Source of the DNA: Lama guanicoe
Taxonomy: Eukaryota
Assembly (NCBI GenBank): GCA_013239625.1
Contig: MU055549.1
Coordinates: 1,575,746-1,639,745, forward strand
Length of the DNA stretch: 64,000 nt
Reading direction: 5' to 3'
In this document: piece after piece, positions 1 through 11,446 of the stretch
How positions within the stretch are numbered: the stretch's first letter is position 1
Layout: every line of letters begins with the position of its first letter
Made by a program: the position numbers and the translations under genes
The notes under the pieces: generated by a model
Seen by the model: only the letters and a program-made list of their open reading frames with translations
Database searches by the model: none
Told to the model about the DNA's origin: nothing

Positions 1-380
1 TAACGTGGGGTCCCTTGATCAATATTTATGAAGACTTTCAAGACGGCGGTGACAGAGCACACGACCGATTGCGGGCACCTGGAACACAGGGCTCGGCCCC
101 CCACGCCCACCTAGCAGCCGCCCGCAGGCAATTGGCCGCCGATCACGTCCGTCCGAGGTGAGCGGGGCCCAGGGGCCGGCCTCCCGCTTGGGCCGAGGCC
201 CCCCTGCTGAGGGGTCTTCACTGCCCTCGGCGGCGTCCCCTCCCCACCGGGCGCCGGGCGCCCCACGCGGCACCCCTGGTGCGGGGGCGGCGGCCGAGGG
301 GAGGGGCCCCTCCGGGTCCAGCGCAGGCACCCCCAGCCCCCGGCCACATGGGCCCCTGCCCAGGGACTGCTGCCGAGTCT
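1..380. promoter_or_regulatory. CpG-island-like segment (may continue upstream of the window)
   Basis: Very GC- and CpG-dense from about 60 to 380, reverse CCAAT (ATTGG 131-135) and a donor-like GAG|GTGAGC at 158. No transcript evidence. Confidence 0.45.
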
Positions 381-1826
381 GCTTTTAAGAGCTGAACTTT
401 TAGGAGGAAACAACACGAACATTTGCACATAATTCATGTTCAGTTTATGTCAACATCGTTCTCTGAAAGCATTTCTACACGAACTGCCACTTTTCCATTT
501 CGAAATTTACTGCATTTTAAGCTGCCTTTTGATTAAAAATATCTTGTTAGCATTTCGCTCTGGTAAAGTCATAGATCAAGAGAGTGAGGTCCTGGAGGAA
601 ACGCCGTCGCCGACCCCAGCGGCTCAGACAACAGAAGGGAAGGGCTCTGCCTCCCCCGCTGCTGCAGCACGGAACATGGGCCCCTGCCTGATGGTCTCAC
701 ACGTAAGGCCAGATTCTACACGAATTGAGGGGTTTTGGCCATTTGGGGAGATTACGGGGGGCTGGTTTACAGCTTGCTTTCCGATGACACTAACTGGACA
801 CCCCTGCGACAGAGGGGAACACTTGGATCTTTCTCTTAGTTCAAAAGTTTCCCATTTTATAAACTTTTTTTTTTGGCCATTTTAAGCTGTAATTTTGGGG
901 GTAAGACATACAAAAAAGGGAGTCAGGGGCAGGTAGAGGGCAGCGGGGTCTGCGTTCACGCTGGTGAAGGTTCGAGAGAGCTGTGCCCCACCGCCCACTG
1001 CCCCAGACAGCAGGCCAGGTGTGGGGGCATCCCCCTGCCCCAGGTGGGCTCTGTCGGGGTGCGGTCCTCCCCGAGGGGGGCCTGGCCCCTCCTCACGCAG
1101 GCCTGAGCTGGCCTGAGAAGTCATCTGGACTCCGGCACATGCTGGCTCAGAGGGCTGTGTCCACCACCACAGAAAGGTGTATTTTCAAGCCAACCAAAAA
1201 AGGGCTTGGGTGGTGGGGTCTTGCAGTCAAAAGCTTTTTACGAATACTTAATAAAATCTAAATATAAAGGCATTAATTGGAGTGCCCTTCCCTTGGATTT
1301 ACAATTAAATACAAACCTGAGTGCCGAGCGTGGGAAGACTTTTAGCAGGGTCTGTTTCAGTCCTCACAAGGGCCCTGGGGCTGAGCGGGGCGGGAGAGGG
1401 GCCAGGATCCCCCTGCCCGGAGGGTCCGCGTCCTTCCCACGCCCACCCCAAGGAAGCTGCTGCCTGAGAGAGCTGCAAGCACCTGGGGGGCTGAGCAGGA
1501 GCCCGGCGCCAGGGCTGGCTCAGGAGCTCAGGCTGCAAAAAGGCTTCAAAACCAGCAGTTCTCAAGCCGAGGGTGGAGTAGAGCTCCCAGCCTCACTGGG
1601 AAGGGGGTTCACCCAGCAACGTCCTTTTCAACACCTGAATCACCGAGGACAAGGTGAGTCCTGGAAACTGCCCACAGGTGGCGGGAGTCTCGGGGGCCTG
1701 GGACGGGGCACCCAGGTGGCCGCCCGGCACGGAGTCACCGCCCAGAGTGCACCAGGCCTGGGGCCCCCCGGGCTCTCTGCAGTGCGTGCTCGGTGGTCAT
1801 GTCTTAATTCAGAAACAGGAGGTTGT

Positions 1827-1926
1827 GGGGAGAGGGTGTAGCTCAGGAGCAGGACACGTGCTTAGCATGCACGAGGCTCTGGGTTCAATCCCTGGGACCT
1901 CCATCAAATTTAAAAAAAAAGGAAAA
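1827..1926 (+). mobile_element. tRNA-Ala-derived SINE (Vic-1-like, camelid)
   Basis: GGGGAGAGGGTGTAGCTCAG...CGTGCTTAGCATGCACGAGG..GGGTTCAATCCC..ACCTCCA followed by an A-rich tail. Intact B box 1882-1891. Flanking TSD AGAAACAGGAGGTTG (1811-1825) / AGAAATAAGAGGTTG (1927-1941), 13/15 identical. Confidence 0.9.
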
Positions 1927-2029
1927 AGAAATAAGAGGTTGAATGTTTAGAGGAATAGTAAACAGACAGGATGTAAGAGTAAAAGGCTTATTGACTCAGT
2001 GAGGAAATAGGGGCCTCAGGAAGTGCAGA

Positions 2030-2131
2030 GCAGAGAGGGAGAGCTACAGAGGACAGGAGGGAAGTGAGGAGGAGTGGAGGGAAGGCAGAGAGGGAGGGGA
2101 GCCCCGAGGGGAGCCCCGAGGGGAGAGGAGG
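2030..2131 (+). repeat. purine-rich low-complexity tract with a duplicated 12-mer (GGGGAGCCCCGA)
   Basis: Directly visible. Confidence 0.7.
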
Positions 2132-3354
2132 ACCACAGAGCAGCGCGGCCCCTCCCGGACCCGGAGCTCCTTCCTCTGAAGGACTAAGGAGACACAGGGG
2201 GCTGTGAGCAGAACAAAGGCCATTTGTCCTGCGAGGAAACTGAGGCCTGGGAGCCGGGCCCACATCACAGAGATAAGGAGGGGGAGCTGGAGTCTGAAGA
2301 CCTTGCCGGCATCACTGAGCTGTCAACTTGCCTGGAGTCAGTGCGGGGTCGCTGGGCCAGAGCCATCTTGAAGGGTCTCAGCAGAGCAGAGGGGCTGCGG
2401 GCCAGGAGGGGCAGCGTCACCCGACTCCTGGGGCCAGGAGTCCCCTTCTGAAGGTCCCACCTGGCGACGCCCCGGAGGCGTCTATGGCCTAACTCAGCTG
2501 GAGGTTCCAATGACTTTCTCTTCTGTTCTCTGCATGGGGAGGGAGAGAGGGCAGTGAGGCCGGGATGTGACCCCAGCCGGTCTTCCCTGGAGACATTTCC
2601 TAATTTATGTCACCTGCGATCTAAGTGGTGTAATACTTACGATGGGTTTTGATGGGGACACCTGTAAGACCACAGTTTTAAAATGATAGCAATTTGCATG
2701 CTCTGCAAAATTTCTCTTCACAAGGGGAATAAATCAAGGAGTTAGAAGTCAGCCCTGGATGACAGGCATTTCCGGGCCCCGTGTGGGAGGCTGTGTCCTC
2801 GGATGGACAACTGCTCCTTCCTTCCCCCCGCAGAGCGCTCTCCTCTTCCTCCTCCCCGTGTTCAGAATGAGCGCACCCAGTCACCTGTGGGGCATTAGAG
2901 ATTGAAAGCTGGGTGGGCATTTCAGCCCAGAGTCTTTTCACCGAGTTTTTGCCTCAAACATTAATCAGCCTTCCATAATACATGGCTCAGATGTGGAGCA
3001 GCGCTGGGCGGATTTCAAAGACCTCCCTCCCTAACAAGCATGCCTCGACAGTTTCCTCAAACGGAAAGGATCTTACGAGGCAGAGGAGGGAAAATTCATT
3101 AGCGTCATTAAGGACCGGGGCCCTGCCTGCCAGGCCGCGGAGAGCCTGGGGGGGCTGGCGGCCCACGTGGCCCTGGGAGGCCAGCCCCTTCTTTTATTCA
3201 CGAGCCCCTCTCGTTGGCCTCCCTCTGTGGGTCCAGCTGGGCGCAGGGCGCGGTCCTTGCCCCCGCCTCCAAGACCTCTGCTTCGATTTTTTTTTTAAAT
3301 AAAGGTTTTAGTTAATGCACCGTCCCCTGGCTAGCAGATACAGGGCCTTTTCAG

Positions 3355-4685
3355 GAAACAGCCGTTTCCGGGAGAAAGTCCTCACTGCTAATGTTTTGTC
3401 GCCGCTGATGAAGACACAGGTGCTCGGCAGCCTACAGAGGGGCTGCGAGGCGCAAGGTCAGACCTGCGCCTGAGCCCCGGCCCCGCAGCTGCCGGAAACT
3501 TCTGCTGGGCGTGCGGGAGGTGGCCTTCAGCCCAAGGAGGAGGCATGGGAGGAGCGCAGGCCCCTAGTAGATCGTGGACCCCACGGAGGACTCGTGGGCC
3601 CGGTGCAGCTTCACAGCCTTTCCTCTGGCCACGTGCCCTTTGCCGAAATGAGGAAAGTGCGGGCAGGTGGAGGGAGGGAGGCCAGCGTGACCGCGGGCAC
3701 CTCAGTCCTGGGACCAGGCAGTTCTCATCCTCTGGGGCCTCAAAGGACATCCATTATCTATGTCCCACCGCAGCGGAGCCCCGGGAGCACGTCTGGGAGA
3801 ACGAGGGCTGCTCTGCGCTGGTGAAACCCAGCCGGACCCTCTGGGGGCTCCCTGGGGCGGATCCCCATGTCCTCCACCTGCTTCTTGTTTGCAGAAAAGC
3901 TTTAGCCTCCTAGGCCTTCCCCGAAGGAGCAGATATAAGCGGAGAAGTGAGAAAATGCAGAAACAAAGGAGAACAGCCAAGCAAGAGAAAACATAACAGT
4001 TTAGCCATAAACAAAGTCAAGGACCGCTGGCTCCTCCCCACGGGCTGCACCTGGCGTCCCGCGCCCTGGCCTAGAGCTGTCTGGCAGAGACGGAGCCCCC
4101 CCAGGCGGGAGACGCGGACCACGTGCTGCCCACCAGCACGCGGAGCCCAGACCAGCTGGGGCCGGAAGGTTGCGGACGCTGACCCCGGCGCCCTTGCCCC
4201 CAGCCAGCCTGAAGGGCGTCCAGGAGCTGGTCACACCCCGCACCCCCCCTCAGCCTGCCTTTAAAAACCTTTCCCTGAAAGCCTTCGGGGAGCTCGGGTC
4301 TCTTCAGCACCAGCGGCCCATCCTCCTCGCTGGGCGCCTGCGGGGCACGCTGCCGTGCCCTTCAGCGCCAGCCGGGACTACTGCGCGCGGCCAGAGGACC
4401 CAGCTCGGCCGGGTGACCGTGGTGGTCCCCACGCTGCCCCCCTAAGTAAAGGGAGTAACAACAGTGACATAGAAACAAACTAGCAGGGGACCCACTGCAG
4501 TCAGTCCAGTTCCCCGTCTGCGTGAGCAATGAGCTGAAGACGCTTAGAACTACCTGAGTGTACTGAAGAGACGCCTTGGGCCTGCGGAGGCCGAGTCCCC
4601 ATCACCCTCTTTCTGGCCCTGCGCTTAGTGAGGGAGCCGCTGGCCGGTCGCCTTTCTGTCTGGCTGGCTGATTTCAAAGAGCCCT
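3355..4685 (+). repeat. 1331-bp tandem duplication, copy 1
   Basis: Matches 4686-6016 base for base except 4195 T vs 5526 C and 4470 T vs 5801 C. The ORF track repeats at a +1331 offset. Confidence 0.98.
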
Positions 4686-6018
4686 GAAACAGCCGTTTCC
4701 GGGAGAAAGTCCTCACTGCTAATGTTTTGTCGCCGCTGATGAAGACACAGGTGCTCGGCAGCCTACAGAGGGGCTGCGAGGCGCAAGGTCAGACCTGCGC
4801 CTGAGCCCCGGCCCCGCAGCTGCCGGAAACTTCTGCTGGGCGTGCGGGAGGTGGCCTTCAGCCCAAGGAGGAGGCATGGGAGGAGCGCAGGCCCCTAGTA
4901 GATCGTGGACCCCACGGAGGACTCGTGGGCCCGGTGCAGCTTCACAGCCTTTCCTCTGGCCACGTGCCCTTTGCCGAAATGAGGAAAGTGCGGGCAGGTG
5001 GAGGGAGGGAGGCCAGCGTGACCGCGGGCACCTCAGTCCTGGGACCAGGCAGTTCTCATCCTCTGGGGCCTCAAAGGACATCCATTATCTATGTCCCACC
5101 GCAGCGGAGCCCCGGGAGCACGTCTGGGAGAACGAGGGCTGCTCTGCGCTGGTGAAACCCAGCCGGACCCTCTGGGGGCTCCCTGGGGCGGATCCCCATG
5201 TCCTCCACCTGCTTCTTGTTTGCAGAAAAGCTTTAGCCTCCTAGGCCTTCCCCGAAGGAGCAGATATAAGCGGAGAAGTGAGAAAATGCAGAAACAAAGG
5301 AGAACAGCCAAGCAAGAGAAAACATAACAGTTTAGCCATAAACAAAGTCAAGGACCGCTGGCTCCTCCCCACGGGCTGCACCTGGCGTCCCGCGCCCTGG
5401 CCTAGAGCTGTCTGGCAGAGACGGAGCCCCCCCAGGCGGGAGACGCGGACCACGTGCTGCCCACCAGCACGCGGAGCCCAGACCAGCTGGGGCCGGAAGG
5501 TTGCGGACGCTGACCCCGGCGCCCTCGCCCCCAGCCAGCCTGAAGGGCGTCCAGGAGCTGGTCACACCCCGCACCCCCCCTCAGCCTGCCTTTAAAAACC
5601 TTTCCCTGAAAGCCTTCGGGGAGCTCGGGTCTCTTCAGCACCAGCGGCCCATCCTCCTCGCTGGGCGCCTGCGGGGCACGCTGCCGTGCCCTTCAGCGCC
5701 AGCCGGGACTACTGCGCGCGGCCAGAGGACCCAGCTCGGCCGGGTGACCGTGGTGGTCCCCACGCTGCCCCCCTAAGTAAAGGGAGTAACAACAGTGACA
5801 CAGAAACAAACTAGCAGGGGACCCACTGCAGTCAGTCCAGTTCCCCGTCTGCGTGAGCAATGAGCTGAAGACGCTTAGAACTACCTGAGTGTACTGAAGA
5901 GACGCCTTGGGCCTGCGGAGGCCGAGTCCCCATCACCCTCTTTCTGGCCCTGCGCTTAGTGAGGGAGCCGCTGGCCGGTCGCCTTTCTGTCTGGCTGGCT
6001 GATTTCAAAGAGCCCTGA
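4686..6018 (+). repeat. 1331-bp tandem duplication, copy 2 (including 2-bp GA junction microhomology)
   Basis: Junction ...CAAAGAGCCCT-GA-AACAGCCG. The unique sequence resumes at 6019. Confidence 0.98.
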
Positions 6019-7274
6019 CCCTGGGGCTCCGGCCCCGTCCTGGCAGCGCTGGGGCCTTAATGACTTTCCGGCTCTGCCAGGACGCGCCAGCCGCCTTCGC
6101 CACCAACCCCGCAGCACTTAATCATCAATCTTCACGCAGCGATAGTCCAGATCCCTTAATAAGGCCGGCTGCTTTCTCTTTTCTTACTAGAAAATCTGCT
6201 TTTAACCATCTTCTTGAAATCCCTTGTAATACATATGAAATTAAAACCTCAGGCCTTACAGTTCAGAACAAAACCTTGTACAGTGGTGGAGATACTTTCT
6301 TAAAATTGGATTTCACATCGCGGTCAACAGGGTCGCTGAATCAAGCGAATGTCGAAATACTTGCTGTTTGCTCAGCAGACCCAGGCCCCCTTCCTTGGAA
6401 ATTAAAATATGCGTGTATGAACACATAGGTTTTTTACTGTGATCAAAACTGAGTAATTAAAGTGTAATTTCATACTAAGTTTTCAAATTTGTGTGACTGC
6501 CTTTGGTCTACATGGATTTATTGGGCTGAATTGTCCATATTCAGTTTCCCAGAAAGGGGAGATTTTCCTTCCCACAATCAGTGCACTGCAGAGCCCTTCT
6601 GAGCCCCCCAGGAAACAGGCCCCCCCGGCACGAAGTCTTCCACCCGTAGGTTGGTCAGCAAACCTCGGCCTGGGTCCCTCCCTTGAGGGCGTGAGAGAGG
6701 GGGGCCCAGGGATGCTCTGGACACTGTGTGTGCACACGTGGAGCGCTGGTTCCTGGAAAAGCCACCCCTCACGACCCATCAGCCCCACTTCCATGGGGGT
6801 CCTCAGCCGGTGGTCCTGGGTGACGCCCAGCATGGGGGGGACAGGCTCTGGGACTCAGGGAGAAGCGGAGCTTCCTCAGTCATGGTTCTGCTCAGAGCTC
6901 TGGGTTCTCAGATGCAGGCAGGTGGCTGCACGGACTGTCGGCTTTGGGGCCCTGGGAGGAGGACGTTACCGTGACCCGTGGGGCTCTCCGGGCCGGTTCC
7001 GTCATCTGCCCACAGCCTAGGAGGTGACCTTGCCACATTTCACATCTCGTCCCCGATGCCAGCGTCCTCGGGATGGGCCCGCCCTGCCAGGGAGCCTCCC
7101 CACTCGGTGATGGCTCAGCCTCCCATTCTCAGATGGTCACACGGCCCAACCAGCAGAGGTCTTCTGGGCAGAAACAACTTGGCTGATTCACAATAAACAC
7201 GCGTGCATTCCACATCCCAGTTCCCACGCAAATGCTTAGTTTGATAACGTCACCCACGGACAGGACCGTTTTTC

Positions 7275-7450
7275 CTTCCAAAGCACTTCCGCATCTTTAT
7301 TGTATCTTAGTGTGTTTGTCTGAACAACCACAGAACCTTGGCCGACGCCACTCTCCCATTTCGACAGGTGAGGAGACCAGGGAAACAAAGCTGTCTGGCC
7401 CGATCACCAGTGTGGGAGGGTCAGGACTGCTGTTCAGGCCACAGGGTTTT
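7275..7450 (-). mobile_element. MIR SINE relic
   Basis: CCCATTTCGACAGGTGAGGAGACCAGGG resembles the MIR core CCCATTTTACAGATGAGGAAACTGAGG. Confidence 0.5.
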
Positions 7451-9540
7451 CTGTTCTGAGGAGCGCACGCACGCAGGCAGCCTGCTGACATGTGATCTGC
7501 CGGTGCCCTGACTCAGATGACCTCCAGACCCGGTGCCAAGCTCCTGTCCCCCACCCAGTAAGCATCTCGTGAGACCCTGACTCTCCTGGCTTCACCCCCA
7601 CTGTAGGGACATGGTTCAACTCTCTTGAGATCTCTCTAAACTCCCAGGAAGTGTATTCAGGTCCCAGGTTGCAGACTTTTCTCCCTTGGCCTTGAGCACT
7701 GCACCTGCCGGCCCGCCAGCTCTCAGCCCCGCGTCTCCTCCGAGACCCCAGCGCCTGACTCCTCCTCCGGGGGCATCTCCCACACACCCCGGCTTAGCCT
7801 GTCCCAGCAGGCTGACTCAGCCCGCCTCCTCTCCAGGCCCAGACCCCAGGCAGTTCTGGATTCTCCCTTGTCACACATCCCCTAAATGGAGATGAGAAAA
7901 CCGCAGCTGACTTTCTCTGCAAAATACTCCAGCCTGGCCTCCGTCACTCTGGTCCCACCCTTCGCCCGGGTCGAGGCGATGACGTCCCAACACGCCACAG
8001 CTGACTCTTCTCCCCTCCGGTCTGCGCTCCGCACCAGAGCTGAGTGGTTTTCCAAGTACACGGATGCGGTAGCCCGTCCATGCGGCCGTCCCGGCTCTGA
8101 GATGTGGCCTGCACACAGGATGGGGGGACACAGGGCTCGCCTGCCCTCCTCACCCACCTCCCGGTACTCCCGCCACACAGGCCTTCTCTAAATCCCGAGA
8201 GAGCCTCACGCTTTTTGTGCCTCTGGGCTGTCGTGCCGGCTGTTCCCTCCACAGGGATGCACTTGCCCTTGTCCTTTTGTGGAAGGTCGTGCCGTGGTCC
8301 TGGGCTCAGCCGTTCTGTCACTTCCACAGCCAGGCCTCTCTTGCCCGCGCTGGCTACGTCTAGTCTGCTAGCCCCACCCTGTCCTGTCGCCTGGTGAGTG
8401 TGTGTTTGTTCCCTGTCTTCCTTGGCCAGCAGTGGGGTGTCCAGTGTTGCCTGCAAAGGGCCCGAGGCACCGTTAGTGCCAGGGGATCTTGGGGGGGATG
8501 AGCCAGTCCCTTTACCCCAGAGCGATCTGAATCCTTACACGAGCTTCTCAAGCAGCAGGGCTGGGCGCTCAGCAGGGAAATTCTCCCCTGGGCGACATCC
8601 TTTGGGTTCTCTGGACTCTGTGTTTGGTTAGGGCCATTGTAAAAGTCAGATCTGATGAGAAAAAAGTTCTGCAACATATCTCATGCCACAGAGTCTCCAA
8701 AGCTGTTAACTAGTGAAAATGAAAAAAATGAACTCTAGCCATTAAAAGGAAGGGTGTTTAACTACATGCAGGGTTGATGGTCTTCTAGTCTCAAGAGGTC
8801 CTCACGACTCAGGCCATGACCAGCTGCACGAGGAACCAGGACACTCTTCCAGGCCTTCCTCCCGGGCCTGGCTTCTCCTGGCGCTGGTGGCAGGCCCTTG
8901 GCCAAGTCGCGTGTGGCAGCTGCGAAGGTGGATTTCTTTGTGCTTAGAGCTCATTAGCAAGAAGCAGCTGCTGGTTGATGCAGGATGGTGTCAGCTCGTG
9001 GGGGGGTGGGGGGCTGACTCCGCCTTTTCCCGCTTGTGGGGAACATCTGTGCGCGGCCAAGGTGACCATTCCCTCCACCGGGCGTCCTCGGTGAGACGGC
9101 AGAGGGGCGGTGATGAAGTCCCACGGGCACTCCTCTGAGGAGTGAAGCGGTGAACAGCTCCGACATTCAGGAGGCTGAAAAGGATCCTTGATGACGTGTA
9201 GATGGTGTGAATTAAGCACAGCCTGAAGTCTCCTCTGGGTTCCGAGAAGCTGGCCAGTGTGTGACGGTCACTAACCTTCGTCCCCCGGTGGGAGGGAGGT
9301 CGGGGAGGACTTCCGGGGGCCGCGTGCGGCTGGGCCCCTGAAGCTCACTCTCCTCCGTCCGTCTGTCCACAGCTCCGGTGAGTTCAGTGGGCACGTCCAT
9401 AGCATTTCTCTTTCCGTCTGTGCTGTCTTCACAGTCAGTGAGATTGTTTTGCCTAATCCCATTTCAAAAGGCAACGACACAAACTGCTCTGTCAGCCCAG
9501 GTCATTGCTGTGTTATTTTCAAAATTTAAATTAAGACTGG

Positions 9541-9564
9541 ACACACGCACACACACACACACAC
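9541..9564 (+). repeat. (CA)n microsatellite, interrupted
   Basis: ACACACGCACACACACACACACAC. Confidence 0.9.
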
Positions 9565-10454
9565 GCTCATGTTATTCAGCACCAGGTTTGTGCCTGGCCT
9601 GGAGCAGACACCCAAACCTCCTTGTCTGAAGGAATTAATTGTCACCTGACCCATTTGATGTCACTTTGGTTTTCATGTTTTGTCTCCATGTTAATGGAGT
9701 GGAGACTTGACTTGTCAAGGAAGAGCTTGTCCTGCCTCTTCTCAGTCTTTGAGCTGCCAGCACGTAGCACAATGTTTGCCTTGCAGCCGCTTCACACGGA
9801 TTTGATGAAATAAGAAACTCTGAAGTCACGGTTGCACATCTACATCCGCGTGTGCCTTTGTGTGTCTCCGGTACAACGGCGTCCTCACCAGTTGTCACCT
9901 GGCAGAACTCTGATAATCAGAAAAACACTCGTAAAGTGCTGCTTAGTAAGCATTTGCGTGTAGCATTTAATAAATAAAATCGCTTTTTTCACATGAGTAA
10001 TGTAGGCGCCTTTCATTGGGATGTGTCTAATTTTGTCAGGCTTTACATTATGATGGCTATGCCTTTTCACTAATTATCGTAAAGTTTAAGGCTTGGAAAA
10101 TATGACAGATATTAAGATAGAAAACTAAAGACCAAGGCCAATTATACACGTAAACAAATATCCTGAACATACTCCTAGCAAATCCAGGCGACCGTGCGGT
10201 GAGTCAGTGGAGAGAGCGTTCAGGGCACATGAGGTCAGGAAGCATTTTAATACGCTCTGCGTCATCAGATGGCCTTGGAGTTAATGGAGACGCACCGTCT
10301 GACGATGCCAACAAAAGCTTAAAGAACATTTCATAACAAACTTAATGAAGTTCATACAGTTCCTGACTTTGGAAGAATTCTTTTTAACAAGAGAAAGTGT
10401 GCCTAGCAAACCCTCCAGCCGGCGCGAGCGGTCACGGGCAGCGCCCGCAGCGGC

Positions 10455-10835
10455 TTTTTTTAATTGAATGCAGTCAGTTACAGCGTGTCGGTTTCTGGCG
10501 CACCGCGTCCCAGGCACGCGTATACGTACGTGTATCCGTTTTCATGTCCTTTCTCATTAAAGGTTATTACAAGGAGTTGAATACAGTTCCCTGTGCTGTA
10601 CAGTAGGGCCTCGCTGCTCATCTATTTTATATATAATAGTGTGTATCTGCAAATCTCAAACTCCGAGTTTATCCCTTCCCACCCTCTTCCCCCGCTGGTA
10701 ACCATAAGTTTGTTCTCTATGTCCTGGGTCTGTCTCTGTTTTGTAAATAAGTTCATTTGTGCCTTTAGTTTAGATTCCACGTGTAAGTGACATCATGTCT
10801 TCTTCTCTCGCTCAGTGCTGAATCTCTGGAGTCTG
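10455..10835 (-). mobile_element. 5'-truncated L1 (3' UTR, cetartiodactyl/camelid type)
   Basis: Starts with a T-run, then TAATTGAA...ATTAAAGGTTATTACAAG...AATACAGTTCCCTGTG...ATCCCTTCCCACCCTCTT. Aligns to the reverse complement of the L1 3' UTR at about 58270-58700 in this window. Confidence 0.9.
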
Positions 10836-11337
10836 TCATACACACGTACATACGTGTGGGTACCTGTGTGTGTGTGTATCACATGTACATGGAATGGATG
10901 ACTAAGTTTTACCAAGCATGGTTGAAAACAGCAACTCAGAAGCACTTGCCTTCCTATCCCACCTGACTCAGTCCGCTCACTAAGCCTGTTTTGAGCGAGC
11001 CACTGCCGCTCACTGTTCGGTGTATGTGTGCATTAGCTCTGCAGCTAAAATGTCCTTTCCTGACGGCAAGGAGCGTTTTGAGATGTATTCGAAAATCGCT
11101 TATGATGAACTGCCAAACTGGAATAAGAGCAGATTCCAAGCTGTCGCTGTCATGCAGTGCCAGGGACGGGGACAGGGAAACACGTTATGCAGGGGACAGG
11201 GCATCTGGGAGTCCAGGGCACCGCTTCACTCACACACAACTGCCCGCACAACAACTGGGGGGGCCATAACCGCATGATGGCCGAAACGTCAAGGCTCTCA
11301 GCCTGCGTGTACAGCGTGACCTCCGCCTTGTTCAGGG

Positions 11338-11446
11338 GTGTGTGCACAGGTGTGTGGGAGTGCCTGCGGTATAACTGTGCGTCTGTGTGTGTGTTCGTAT
11401 GCATGTGCGTGTCTATGTGTGTGGCTGTGTGTGTGTCTGCGTGTGG
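11338..11446 (+). repeat. degenerate (TG)n-rich tract
   Basis: Directly visible GTGTGT-rich run. Confidence 0.7.

Noticed and set aside
1832-1903. Functional tRNA-Ala gene
   Set aside because: D arm and acceptor stem are disrupted, and the A-tail and TSD mark it as a SINE.
3388-5776. Identical ORF sets suggesting a duplicated gene cassette or operon
   Set aside because: A by-product of the 1331-bp DNA duplication; the peptides have no protein-like features.
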